Source of the DNA: a virus
DNA: 64,000 nucleotides
Virus record (IMG/VR): IMGVR_UViG_3300025131_000006
Direction: 5' to 3' (one strand)
Each line of letters begins with the position of its first letter. Positions within the stretch are counted from its first letter, which is position 1. The position numbers were made by a program, and so were the translations under genes. Positions 39,101-46,920 of this stretch are shown here, in pieces. Under the pieces are notes generated by a model. It searched no databases. It worked only from the letters and a program-made list of their open reading frames with translations, and was not told where the DNA came from.

Positions 39101-39337
39101 CCGATGGCACCGTGGGCGACATCTGGAGACGGAGACCCCTTGGAGCACGGAACGGCACCCGCTATTCCTCTTTATTTTCAGGAGGGAGGTGAGGACTTTG
39201 ATCCAGCACCACCTCCGATGGACCCCGGTGGGATGCCTCCGGGGATGGAGCCTCCGGGGGGTGGGGCGGGCATGCCAATACCCGGCATGATCGGTAGTCC
39301 CGGAGGACCAGGGCCAGGAACACCAGGGGCTATCTAA
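36194..39337 (+). CDS. Portal protein interrupted by an intein
   Basis: Exteins: FETFLKKITRDSLQFDQM|CFEIVPD...FHAVDAATIR...RNPRSD...YGFSE...N.REMEY...YQIDPAEINF...KGLRPLL...LTINEGR. Confidence 0.9.
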   Translation: MSLSSFYTNSGKAQTMTEAPVRRASIVAPGLPVVSGGSKGQPIVNDGLRLVGGLDVLSTNLGMEPGFKAAKSHGASQQLKRLPATTDLTAARGPRARFFDPLSLVYASGYRDRRFSLTYDTIRRTVYQLSLLGSIILTRIYQVASFAQPYRENQQIGFKIGYKDDTYIPREEQRREIVELERMVMACGFDRNPHNTEPRDDFETFLKKITRDSLQFDQMCAVKGTWVELADGTGVPVECIESGMVVRSHNGVEREVIHPTSRLYSGEMVEIQVRGQRLNVTTGHPLLVAKRSSVDGNAVAFKEPEWIAAGEVTDRDYALYPRPLLGREDISLDVFAQEPRKFPVGPMDRLVELADCHPKTARDILSGTYKKNGLLVAEVKALAKELGVSMEYKRTWQPKTELTTAWGRFLGLYCAEGHVQGTSVRLTFHEDEAGLVEFVRSFGSLYGIESSVTEYLDRAGVTVILYSSALAEFLKNHCGTGSSEKRVPSFILGAQKMVKEHFLLGYLEGDGHLKKTTAHFTTTSRNLFTGLRLLFADQGIYVAEVKVPSAREQWDEQYAGSLSGPAYRTLARSLGLPVEEPSKERKSYHVGEKFFYVKVSAVRKYEVENLRVFNMEVEEDHSYVAEGIVNHNCFEIVPDSKGRPAEFHAVDAATIRLAATYDNHKPGKAPRKFHSAEFSEDWKQERDLGEDFVVQDDQIQTVQVIHGKIENIFTAGDMAFGIRNPRSDLWVNGYGFSETEMCLSTVLRMLWSEEYNARNFRQGNMSGGFLNLKGETYDPGTIETFKRVIRANALGWENAHRVPILQIPEGIEFVNLQRGNREMEYGRWQEYLLKIISGVYQIDPAEINFDIGKASSQGQPMFENKAEWKIKYSKDKGLRPLLRFLARQISKYIIEPLNPDLYFDFVGLDKMSEPERIDLLTRQVTTYLTINEGREKEGRDPVVGGDVILNPVYFQAKAQAEQVPIKADNPMAPWATSGDGDPLEHGTAPAIPLYFQEGGEDFDPAPPPMDPGGMPPGMEPPGGGAGMPIPGMIGSPGGPGPGTPGAI
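36851..38089 (+). mobile_element. Intein with LAGLIDADG homing endonuclease (413 aa) in portal
   Basis: Starts CAVKGTWV; TTGHP block B; FLGLYCAEG and LLGYLEGDG; ends VEEDHSYVAEGIVNHN followed by Cys. Confidence 0.92.
37542..37556. repeat. Dispersed palindrome copy 12 (inside intein, GTTCAGTCACTGAAT)
   Basis: Encodes SSVTE. Confidence 0.8.
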
Positions 39338-39380
39338 TGTGGGCTGATTTGTGATATAGAACAAATGGGTCCAGCGGATT

Positions 39381-39395
39381 GTTCAGTAGCTGAAC
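39381..39395. repeat. Dispersed palindrome copy 13 (GTTCAGTAGCTGAAC)
   Basis: Intergenic after portal. Confidence 0.85.
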
Positions 39396-39416
39396 TTTTT
39401 TTGCCGGGAGTGTGGC

Positions 39417-42400
39417 ATGTCGTCGAAGTTGCAAAAGTCGTTATTGGCGAATCAGGTAGCCAACATGGTGGGGCGTCGTCGCTCTGTAGGAGTGTTGCAA
39501 GAGCAGACTCCCCAATGGGGTACTCCTTTTGCGGGTTCGGACGAAAATCAACCAAAGGGTCGATTTTTTGGCACAGACGGATGGCGACAAAGTCACAAGA
39601 TAACGGACGAAGAGCTTCGGAAGGCGAGTGATGATTCCGGGTTCGGTGATCCAAGGGAGGCTCCTGGGCAACAAGCTCAGGATAACCGTTCTCCCGAAGA
39701 GAGGTTAGCTGGAGCCAAGGCCAATATTCGCAGTAGAGGGGTCTCTGCTGTTGTGGGGGCAGCCCAGCGAGGAAAAGAATTGGGCCAAAAGATGGCCACC
39801 GCTTTGATGGATACGAGTGGTTCTGGGTTAGCAAGTGTCGCGACAGGAGCTTTACCGGGTGCGGTGAGTTCTTTGGCTGGCACGGCGTCGCGGGCTTCCC
39901 AAAGAAAACAAGCGGACATCTCCGACGCTGCGACGATACGAAGGCTGAAGCCTCGACATTCGTCTCCGCAGGGAGCACAGGCAGATGGCAGCAAGCCTCG
40001 ACATTCGTCTCCGCAGGGAGCACAGGCAGATGGCAGCAAGCCTTCTGGCGGGTTTGGCCTTACGGTGACCAGGGGGGAGATGCCTCGTGAGAGTGGACTC
40101 ACGATTCCGAGTATCCCGGCAGTTCCCGATCCAAATTGGGGTGGCGGGACTTCTCTGGAGGGTATGGGCTCTGGATTTGGAGTCGTATCCAAGTCAAAAA
40201 AAAAAAGCCTAGATTTGCTGGATGAGTGTGGTTTCGGGTTGCTCTGTTCTTACGAGTACGACGTCCCATTCTTGATTAAAAGTCAGCAGGATGACCCGTC
40301 TGCGCCTGTTCCCAAGGTTGCAGGCCATTTTTTGACAGGGGCACCGAATCCGTATTCGGGAGACGAGGAGCACTTTCACCCGCGTCGTGAGCATTTCGAT
40401 AGTATGATCTCCCACGCAGCAGTGGGCAGGAGAGACGAGGCAGAGTCGTTAGCTCGTCGGCACGTGGCGGACCATAGTGCTGATTTCTCTCCAGAACAAC
40501 GTGACCACTCCTCGCAATCCCATCACAGGCACGCACAGAAGCTGCGTTCAGAGATTGGGGATTATCACCCCGGAGAGCACGGTCCTATTGATCCCAACGA
40601 TGATCAGTTTAAGAAGTGGTCATTGATGCATTTTCACGGAACGGCGGCTCGCGAGCATCACGATCAGGCGTATCACGAGAGACGTGCAAAAAGAATCGCA
40701 GGAGACGCTGAACGTCGCGGTGAGGTGTTGGATAACGAGGGTTTGTTACGTCGCTTGGAAGATGAGATCCACTCACTGTCTCACAGTGCGACAGGAAATC
40801 TTCATGGAGCGGTGGGGCTCTTGCGCGATGCGATGGAACACGCTGGCTCCTTAATGACAGGGAGAACGGACAGCGCGGGTGCTGATATGTTGGTGCGGCT
40901 CCGACAGTCGATGGGAGCCTTGGCAGAGCACATGGGCCTCAAGAGAAAGTTGCCGGATGATCTAGACTTGCTGCTGCATTCAGATGACAAGCATTGGGAT
41001 CGTCTTGTCAAAGAGATTAAGTCGAGCACGCCGAACACGTTGGGCTTACCACACAGGCGAGGACTTAATGCGATCAACTTGTTGACCGAGGGTCAGTTTG
41101 CAGCCGTTCGAGACCCCCGGAACTATTCGTCGGAGCACGCAGCCAAGCCGCTGCGTGGATTGCATTTAGCGGGGGGCTCTCGGTACAAGCCTGATGCGTC
41201 CAGAGGGGCATACGAGGATGCTCATCGTGTTTGTGTGGGGTTGGCCCGCCGGGACTATCAGGGACATATTTCGCGCGGCCTGCGTCTCCCGCAGGATGTT
41301 ATAGGGGCGATGGCCGAGGGAGAGACGGTTCCCTTGAATGCTGTATCCTCGTGGACGGACGATCATCACATCGCTTGGGGGTTTGCGGATCGTCCTGCTC
41401 GCAGAGACGGAAGTGGACGGATGACTTCAGAGGAGGCCGACGCGATCGGCCCGCGTGTTGTCTTGCGTATCCCGGAGGCACGGTGGGGAACACCCATTTC
41501 TGACTTGAGCACTTGGAAGAACACAGAGCGGGAGATATTGTCGGGTGGAGAGGCGACGATTCGATCGGTAGAGAAGAAAGACCACGCGACGGGAGAATAT
41601 TACGAGATTGTGTTGGACCACTCCAAGAGACCGCAAGTTCTGGAGGAGTTCCGAGACAGTCCTTTCTCGACTCGTGCTCGCGTTCAACACTTGAGGTTGG
41701 ATGAGTTACCCGAAGACGGTCGCCGTTTGCGAGTTGCCGGTGACAAGCCTGGTGGTGCTCATAAAGGGGCTGTTGTGGAGCATCCAGATATGCCCAACCG
41801 CTCTTTCTTGTTGAAGCCTGTTCGGAGTGCTCCAAAGGCATTGGGAGAGGTTGCAGGATCGCAGATTGCGGCTCGCATATTGGGAGAGCATGCTGTCCCG
41901 GCCAAGCTGATCTCCACGCAAGAGTCCCATAAGAAGATTCGTCGATTGGGTTACAAAGGGGCACCGCCCGTATCCGTGATCCAAGAGATGGTAAAGAACG
42001 GTGGAGCACTGCCAAAAGATAAAAAGGGCATTGTTTCGTTGCCGAGTGGTATTCATACGGACCTTCTTGCTTCCATGGTGGCGAATTGGGTGATCGGTGA
42101 CCATGATGCCCACGGTGCTCAGTATTTAATGTCTCCGGGTGGGGATAGCGCGGTTCGGGTGGACTTCGGGCAGAGCTATAAGCACTTGCATTCTGATAGG
42201 CTGGACACACACTACCATCCAAATGCAGCGTACGGAGAGTCGAAGCCAGCACCCATGTTGCTGTTGGAGGCATTCCGAGATGGAGAGGTGGATTTAGACT
42301 TTGGGCACCCCAAGATTGAGGCAGCCATTTCGCGGGCCGAGCGTATTTCGGATGTGGAGTTGAGCGAAATGATCAAGGATTACGCAGAGGCGGTCTCTCA

Positions 42401-43079
42401 AGTGACGGGCGTTTCCGCCAAGTCGATTGTTCACGCTGCCTTGGATCGTAAAAACAACGTGCGAGAGGACATGGAAGCATTCTTTGAGGATGTTCAGAGA
42501 GAGCGAGAGGGAGACCACCACAGACCCGAAGGGTTTGACGATCCCGGAGAGTCTGTCGAGTTTCGACCGGGGAATTCGAACAGGTATGTTGGGATGGAGT
42601 TGAACGGTGTGCCGTTCACAAAGCCAGAGGAGCACGATTGGTCGTCTGTTCCTGATGCATCCATCGACGAGCCACCCATGCCGAAAAAGAGAGGGTATCG
42701 AGCGGCAGCGGGATTGGTGATGATGGAGGACGATGGCAGGGTGTGGTTGGTTGAGCCAACTAATCATTTTGCAGGGACAGAGAGAACGTTCCCGAAGGGA
42801 GGCCAAGAGCGTGGTCTGACATTGCAACAATCAGCTTTGAAAGAGGCGTACGAAGAGTCGGGCTTCAACGCGGAGATTGTTGGGTACTTGGGAGACTCGC
42901 AACGAACGCAATCAATGAGTCGGTACTATTTGGCTCGTCGTACGGGCGGGAATCCAGGCGCTGCTCATTGGGAGACACAGGCTGTTCACTTGGTGACACC
43001 AGAGGAAGCCCGCCGTACACTCAATGTGCGATCGGATCATACTATCTTAGGAAGCGCAGTGGGGTCGGATGATGAGTAA
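39417..43079 (+). CDS. Polyvalent protein: ADP-ribosyltransferase + PI3/4K/HipA-like kinase + Nudix hydrolase
   Basis: ART R-S-E motifs (SRGL, VSSWT, TEREIL); kinase (LLKP, GE, IGDHDAH, VDFG); Nudix box (PKGGQE...LKEAYEESG). Confidence 0.8.
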   Translation: MSSKLQKSLLANQVANMVGRRRSVGVLQEQTPQWGTPFAGSDENQPKGRFFGTDGWRQSHKITDEELRKASDDSGFGDPREAPGQQAQDNRSPEERLAGAKANIRSRGVSAVVGAAQRGKELGQKMATALMDTSGSGLASVATGALPGAVSSLAGTASRASQRKQADISDAATIRRLKPRHSSPQGAQADGSKPRHSSPQGAQADGSKPSGGFGLTVTRGEMPRESGLTIPSIPAVPDPNWGGGTSLEGMGSGFGVVSKSKKKSLDLLDECGFGLLCSYEYDVPFLIKSQQDDPSAPVPKVAGHFLTGAPNPYSGDEEHFHPRREHFDSMISHAAVGRRDEAESLARRHVADHSADFSPEQRDHSSQSHHRHAQKLRSEIGDYHPGEHGPIDPNDDQFKKWSLMHFHGTAAREHHDQAYHERRAKRIAGDAERRGEVLDNEGLLRRLEDEIHSLSHSATGNLHGAVGLLRDAMEHAGSLMTGRTDSAGADMLVRLRQSMGALAEHMGLKRKLPDDLDLLLHSDDKHWDRLVKEIKSSTPNTLGLPHRRGLNAINLLTEGQFAAVRDPRNYSSEHAAKPLRGLHLAGGSRYKPDASRGAYEDAHRVCVGLARRDYQGHISRGLRLPQDVIGAMAEGETVPLNAVSSWTDDHHIAWGFADRPARRDGSGRMTSEEADAIGPRVVLRIPEARWGTPISDLSTWKNTEREILSGGEATIRSVEKKDHATGEYYEIVLDHSKRPQVLEEFRDSPFSTRARVQHLRLDELPEDGRRLRVAGDKPGGAHKGAVVEHPDMPNRSFLLKPVRSAPKALGEVAGSQIAARILGEHAVPAKLISTQESHKKIRRLGYKGAPPVSVIQEMVKNGGALPKDKKGIVSLPSGIHTDLLASMVANWVIGDHDAHGAQYLMSPGGDSAVRVDFGQSYKHLHSDRLDTHYHPNAAYGESKPAPMLLLEAFRDGEVDLDFGHPKIEAAISRAERISDVELSEMIKDYAEAVSQVTGVSAKSIVHAALDRKNNVREDMEAFFEDVQREREGDHHRPEGFDDPGESVEFRPGNSNRYVGMELNGVPFTKPEEHDWSSVPDASIDEPPMPKKRGYRAAAGLVMMEDDGRVWLVEPTNHFAGTERTFPKGGQERGLTLQQSALKEAYEESGFNAEIVGYLGDSQRTQSMSRYYLARRTGGNPGAAHWETQAVHLVTPEEARRTLNVRSDHTILGSAVGSDDE
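39948..40043 (+). repeat. Perfect 45-bp in-frame tandem duplication (KPRHSSPQGAQADGS x2)
   Basis: Identical units at 39948-39992 and 39993-40037. Confidence 0.95.
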
Positions 43080-43602
43080 CGATTGGAAGAAAGAGTTTGC
43101 CTCGGCCTTAGAGGCCCCCATGCGCTCTGACGAAGACCGTGCTGAAGTTGATGTCCACCACGACGCCCATGACGAGCAGCACTTGGAGACCGGCCTACAG
43201 GAGGCTATTTCTGAGGTTGAAAAGGCTCTTGAGCAGGAAGGGTCACGGGAGATCCAAGAGGCTGTGGACTTTTGCAAGGCTGCCCGCGATGAATTCTGGG
43301 ATGTGGTGAAGCAGCGACAATCGCAGCATGACAACAAGCATCGCACTATTCGACAGCAGCACGAAGAGACGCGACAGCGGCAAGATCAAGAGTTTCGCCA
43401 GGTCAGCGAGCGTTACCAACGCATTCCTCAACGCATCGCACCGAAACAGACACCTCGCAAAACAGACGGTGGGATGCGAGTGATGCGACGAGACCACAAG
43501 ATGCCAGGGAGGCTTTCCCAAGAGCAGGAAGGTCTTGGGGAACGCCGTGTTATGCTAGGTCGTATGTTGGGTAAGTCCGACTCGGATGGTGGCAAAAACT
43601 GA
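43069..43602 (+). CDS. Hypothetical coiled-coil protein
   Basis: Coupled ORF in head module. Confidence 0.65.
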   Translation: MMSNDWKKEFASALEAPMRSDEDRAEVDVHHDAHDEQHLETGLQEAISEVEKALEQEGSREIQEAVDFCKAARDEFWDVVKQRQSQHDNKHRTIRQQHEETRQRQDQEFRQVSERYQRIPQRIAPKQTPRKTDGGMRVMRRDHKMPGRLSQEQEGLGERRVMLGRMLGKSDSDGGKN

Positions 43603-43657
43603 AAGTCGGGTGTATAGTGAGCGTGGGGTTCCGATCATCTGTGGATAGGAGTTTGAT

Positions 43658-44698
43658 ATGTTTGGGTTTGCTGGCGTTGGTCGTCGTTCAAGAGAGTATT
43701 CTTGCTCTCCGTTTTATGCACGTGCTTTGCGCTTGGATGCAGAAACGGCCTCTTTGGTAGCGGATTCTCCTGATTATTTGTCTCCGTTCCCAGAGAGGTT
43801 GTCTCCCAAGGAAAGGAAAGAGCGAGAGGAACATGTCAGGAATCAGTCGAAGCTGGAAAGAAAGTGGAAGGAGTTGGAGGCTGAGTACTTGCGTTGGCAG
43901 GCTGACGAGGTAGCGGAGAACGACCCCATGCAAAAAGGTTTTGGTGTCCTGTATAAAGCAGGTGAAGAGGGAGAAGGCGGAAGAGCGTCTGTTGCAGATC
44001 TGCGTCCACCTTCTGTTGCGGCCAACCCCAAGCCCTCTCATCCTCAGTATACGGACTATAGTTCGGCGAGAGTGACGGAGACAGGCCACGATCATCCGGA
44101 TATTCAACGCCTCGATAAGAATCGCCCCCCTGTGTACACCATATTTCCTCACCAGGAAGGGTACGATCGGAATGAGGCGTCAAGGTCTTATGCGACACGG
44201 CGAGAGTATGACACGAGAAGACAGCAGGAGAATATTCGCCAAGCACACAGCAGGTGGGAGCAGCAGCGGGTGAGACCACCGTCGCGTGGTCCGAATTACT
44301 CGGAAAGAATGGTACACAAAGAAAAGATGGATGCTTGGCACCAGCGAGAGGGGGCACGTTACCAACAATCTATGGACGATGCTCTTTCACAAATGGATGA
44401 GAGAATGAGTGGCGGGGGGGCTGAAGATTATCGCGATCAGCGATCTTGGTGGGGTCGCCTGAAAGATGGAATCCGAGGAGTGAACGATTCATTCAAGGGT
44501 GTGGATTCGGGTTTCGGTGTGGTGGCCAAGGGAAAGGATAAGCCAACAGACTCTTATCGCAATGCGCAGGGCACCCGTCGCCGAGGTGAAGCCGATGTGC
44601 CATATCCGGGATCGGAGTACAAGGCGGTTGACGAAGAGGAGTCCAGTTTGAAGAAAACGTGTGGTTTCGGGGTTTCAAAGAACGGAGATGACTCATGA
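43658..44698 (+). CDS. Putative head-internal protein with three GFGV..K motifs
   Basis: KGFGVLYKAG, SGFGVVAKG, CGFGVSKNG. Confidence 0.65.
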   Translation: MFGFAGVGRRSREYSCSPFYARALRLDAETASLVADSPDYLSPFPERLSPKERKEREEHVRNQSKLERKWKELEAEYLRWQADEVAENDPMQKGFGVLYKAGEEGEGGRASVADLRPPSVAANPKPSHPQYTDYSSARVTETGHDHPDIQRLDKNRPPVYTIFPHQEGYDRNEASRSYATRREYDTRRQQENIRQAHSRWEQQRVRPPSRGPNYSERMVHKEKMDAWHQREGARYQQSMDDALSQMDERMSGGGAEDYRDQRSWWGRLKDGIRGVNDSFKGVDSGFGVVAKGKDKPTDSYRNAQGTRRRGEADVPYPGSEYKAVDEEESSLKKTCGFGVSKNGDDS

Positions 44699-45261
44699 TC
44701 AGTATCGGCACGGGAAGTATCAGCAAGGCTCGTCGTCAAGCTCAATTGAGGGGTCGATCTCACGTTCGCAGTCAGTCGCGGGATAATTCTCCGCAGGGCG
44801 TGTTGGGAACAGAGGGTCCGCTACGACAGGGCGACACGGACTACCAGGCCCCGGAAGATCTGTCAAAGATCCCGATGAAGATCCGACATCGTCACCGGGG
44901 AACGACATGGCCGGTCAAGCCGTGGCAGATGGATCGGAGAGAGATGCCGGAGAGCAGGAATATTGCCAGTCGCATTTGGCGCCGGTTCCCGGATGGAGAG
45001 TTGGCGTACGACGACAATATGGGAATATTGGAGCGTGCGGTGCAAAAGTGGAACGATTCTTCCCAAGTTCCATTGAGCGAGTACGAAAAGTTGGCGTTGT
45101 GTGCGGTTTTTCCTGAGTTGTCTGTCTCGGATGTGGAGAAAGACCAGGTGCGTCGCCACGCTTTCTTGACGGCACAGGAGCGAGGAGAGTTAAAGCGTCG
45201 CGTCCGCGAGTTGCCGCATGAGGTAGGAACCAAATTGGGCTTCGAGCCCAAAGCTTCCTAG
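44695..45261 (+). CDS. Hypothetical protein
   Basis: ATGA-coupled ORF. Confidence 0.6.
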   Translation: MISIGTGSISKARRQAQLRGRSHVRSQSRDNSPQGVLGTEGPLRQGDTDYQAPEDLSKIPMKIRHRHRGTTWPVKPWQMDRREMPESRNIASRIWRRFPDGELAYDDNMGILERAVQKWNDSSQVPLSEYEKLALCAVFPELSVSDVEKDQVRRHAFLTAQERGELKRRVRELPHEVGTKLGFEPKAS

Positions 45262-45266
45262 TTCGA

Positions 45267-45281
45267 GTTCAGTTACTAAAC
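45267..45281. repeat. Dispersed palindrome copy 14 (GTTCAGTTACTAAAC)
   Basis: Intergenic. Confidence 0.9.
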
Positions 45282-45299
45282 GTTTTTGGGGGAATTGTT

Positions 45300-45767
45300 G
45301 TGCCGGGCAGCGAATCTGTAGACAAGAAAACAGAAGCCTCTTTCTCTGACGAGTTGGGGTTTATTGACAATGCTCATGAGATCTTGGCCGAGTGGCGAGG
45401 CAAGGATCGAGGTGTCGTTACGTTCCCAATGTTGGACAATGTTGCATTGTGCAACTTGGTGGTGGCGTGGGCACAGGCCACAGTTGTGTGGATGCCGATG
45501 CCAGAGGAAGACCCATGTTTGTTACCGGAAGACCAACAATGGGAGTGGATGTGGGAGTGGAGTTCACACAAGACATATGAGTTGTCTCTGCTGTCAGGGT
45601 TGACGCCCGCCGAGGTCGCGCTTCAGTTCGCTCGCGCGAAGGGTCTCCGGTTGATTTTTCCAGACGGGAGCATTTGCCCGTCAGCAGAAGATGTGGTCGA
45701 GCGGATGATCCGGCAGCGGATGCATGGATCGGAGTTAAAGAAACCAAGCGGTGGGTTTTCAGCGTGA
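45300..45767 (+). CDS. Hypothetical protein
   Basis: ORF in operon context. Confidence 0.6.
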   Translation: MPGSESVDKKTEASFSDELGFIDNAHEILAEWRGKDRGVVTFPMLDNVALCNLVVAWAQATVVWMPMPEEDPCLLPEDQQWEWMWEWSSHKTYELSLLSGLTPAEVALQFARAKGLRLIFPDGSICPSAEDVVERMIRQRMHGSELKKPSGGFSA

Positions 45768-45796
45768 GTCGTCTTCAGGTTCAGGAGAAAGGCAAT

Positions 45797-46234
45797 ATGG
45801 TGTGGCAAGTTGGGAAAGACAAGGCAACGGATTGGTGGTCGCGTCGTTCTGGTTGGGCCAGAGGGTTCATGATTACAACGGGTGTTTTGCTGTTGGTCTT
45901 GCTCGTTGCGGGGTCAGTCGCCGCATATACGATCTCAAAGAGGAACCGTGTGATTCGAGACCAGGCTCGCGTGATGGAGAGGCAGCAGGCAAAAATTGCT
46001 GTGTTGGAGTTGGAGAACAAAAAGAAAGACGAGCAGATCAAGATCAATAAGGCTCGCCAAGGAGACACACAGGCAGCGGCCAAGATCAAGGAGAGCCGAA
46101 AGCGTCTCAAGAGCTTGGGTGGGAAGCTGGACAAGGCTCGCTTGGTGTACAAGAAGCGTCTCAAGGACTCGAAGGGGATGAGCGCGGCAGATCAGGTTAA
46201 ACGCTCAAAGAGCTTGTTACAAGATTGGCTATAG
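45797..46234 (+). CDS. N-terminal TM + basic coiled-coil protein (i-spanin-like topology)
   Basis: Single TM helix followed by coiled coil; AGGAG RBS. Confidence 0.45.
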   Translation: MVWQVGKDKATDWWSRRSGWARGFMITTGVLLLVLLVAGSVAAYTISKRNRVIRDQARVMERQQAKIAVLELENKKKDEQIKINKARQGDTQAAAKIKESRKRLKSLGGKLDKARLVYKKRLKDSKGMSAADQVKRSKSLLQDWL

Positions 46235-46243
46235 GAGCAGGCG

Positions 46244-46810
46244 ATGCAGTTCATATTCTTAGCAGTGACCGTGATGTTTTCGGGTGGGCCGCGAGTGGTT
46301 CCTTGCTCCAATAGCAAAGAAGCCAAGTGTATAGAGTACGATAACGAGACCCACAAAGCGGTAGTTCGAGGGCTGGAGTCGGCGAAGGCGTTCCGCGATC
46401 AGGTTCGTCTCTACCAAGGGAAGGTCAAGGAGTTGGAGTCGGTCGATCGTTTGTGGAAGAAACGATCGTTGTTCTGGAAGCAAGAGAGGGCTTCCATGAA
46501 GCGCATCCAGGAGTATACAGCGGAGCAGAACAAGGTTTACGCCAAGCGGGTGTCCAAACTGGAGTCCGACAATAAGAAATTGCGTGACAGTATGAACTCG
46601 GTCTGGCGCCACCCGGCTCTGTGGGCGAGTATTGGTTTGGTCGTTGGTGTTATTGTGGCGGTTGTTGTGATTCAGACCATCAGGCCCATTGGGGGTTCTA
46701 GTAATACGGTGAGCCTGCGACCATCTCTTTGGAGGCCAACGGTCAGGTTTCTTCCCAAGCAGGTGCAGCATAGTCCGAGTCAAACAATGCTGTTGTACCG
46801 AGTAAAATAG
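46244..46810 (+). CDS. Signal peptide + coiled coil + C-terminal TM protein
   Basis: Hydrophobic N-terminus; ALWASIGLVVGVIVAVVVI TM. Confidence 0.6.
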   Translation: MQFIFLAVTVMFSGGPRVVPCSNSKEAKCIEYDNETHKAVVRGLESAKAFRDQVRLYQGKVKELESVDRLWKKRSLFWKQERASMKRIQEYTAEQNKVYAKRVSKLESDNKKLRDSMNSVWRHPALWASIGLVVGVIVAVVVIQTIRPIGGSSNTVSLRPSLWRPTVRFLPKQVQHSPSQTMLLYRVK

Positions 46811-46824
46811 TTCAGTGACTGAAC
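46810..46824. repeat. Dispersed palindrome copy 15 (GTTCAGTGACTGAAC)
   Basis: Overlaps a TAG stop. Confidence 0.9.
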
Positions 46825-46831
46825 TCAACCC

Positions 46832-46857
46832 AAAGGCGTCGGATTGACGCCTTTTTT
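46832..46857 (+). terminator. Intrinsic terminator
   Basis: AGGCGTC/GACGCCT stem followed by a T-run. Confidence 0.7.
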
Positions 46858-46920
46858 GTTTTATGTCATGGTGAGACCGAAGAAAACGGACGGGCAGACA
46901 ATCAGAAGTAGAGGTAAGAA

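Noticed and set aside
39948-40043. 45-bp direct repeat as a CRISPR mini-array
   Set aside because: Units are contiguous with no spacer and in frame inside a CDS; no cas genes in the window.
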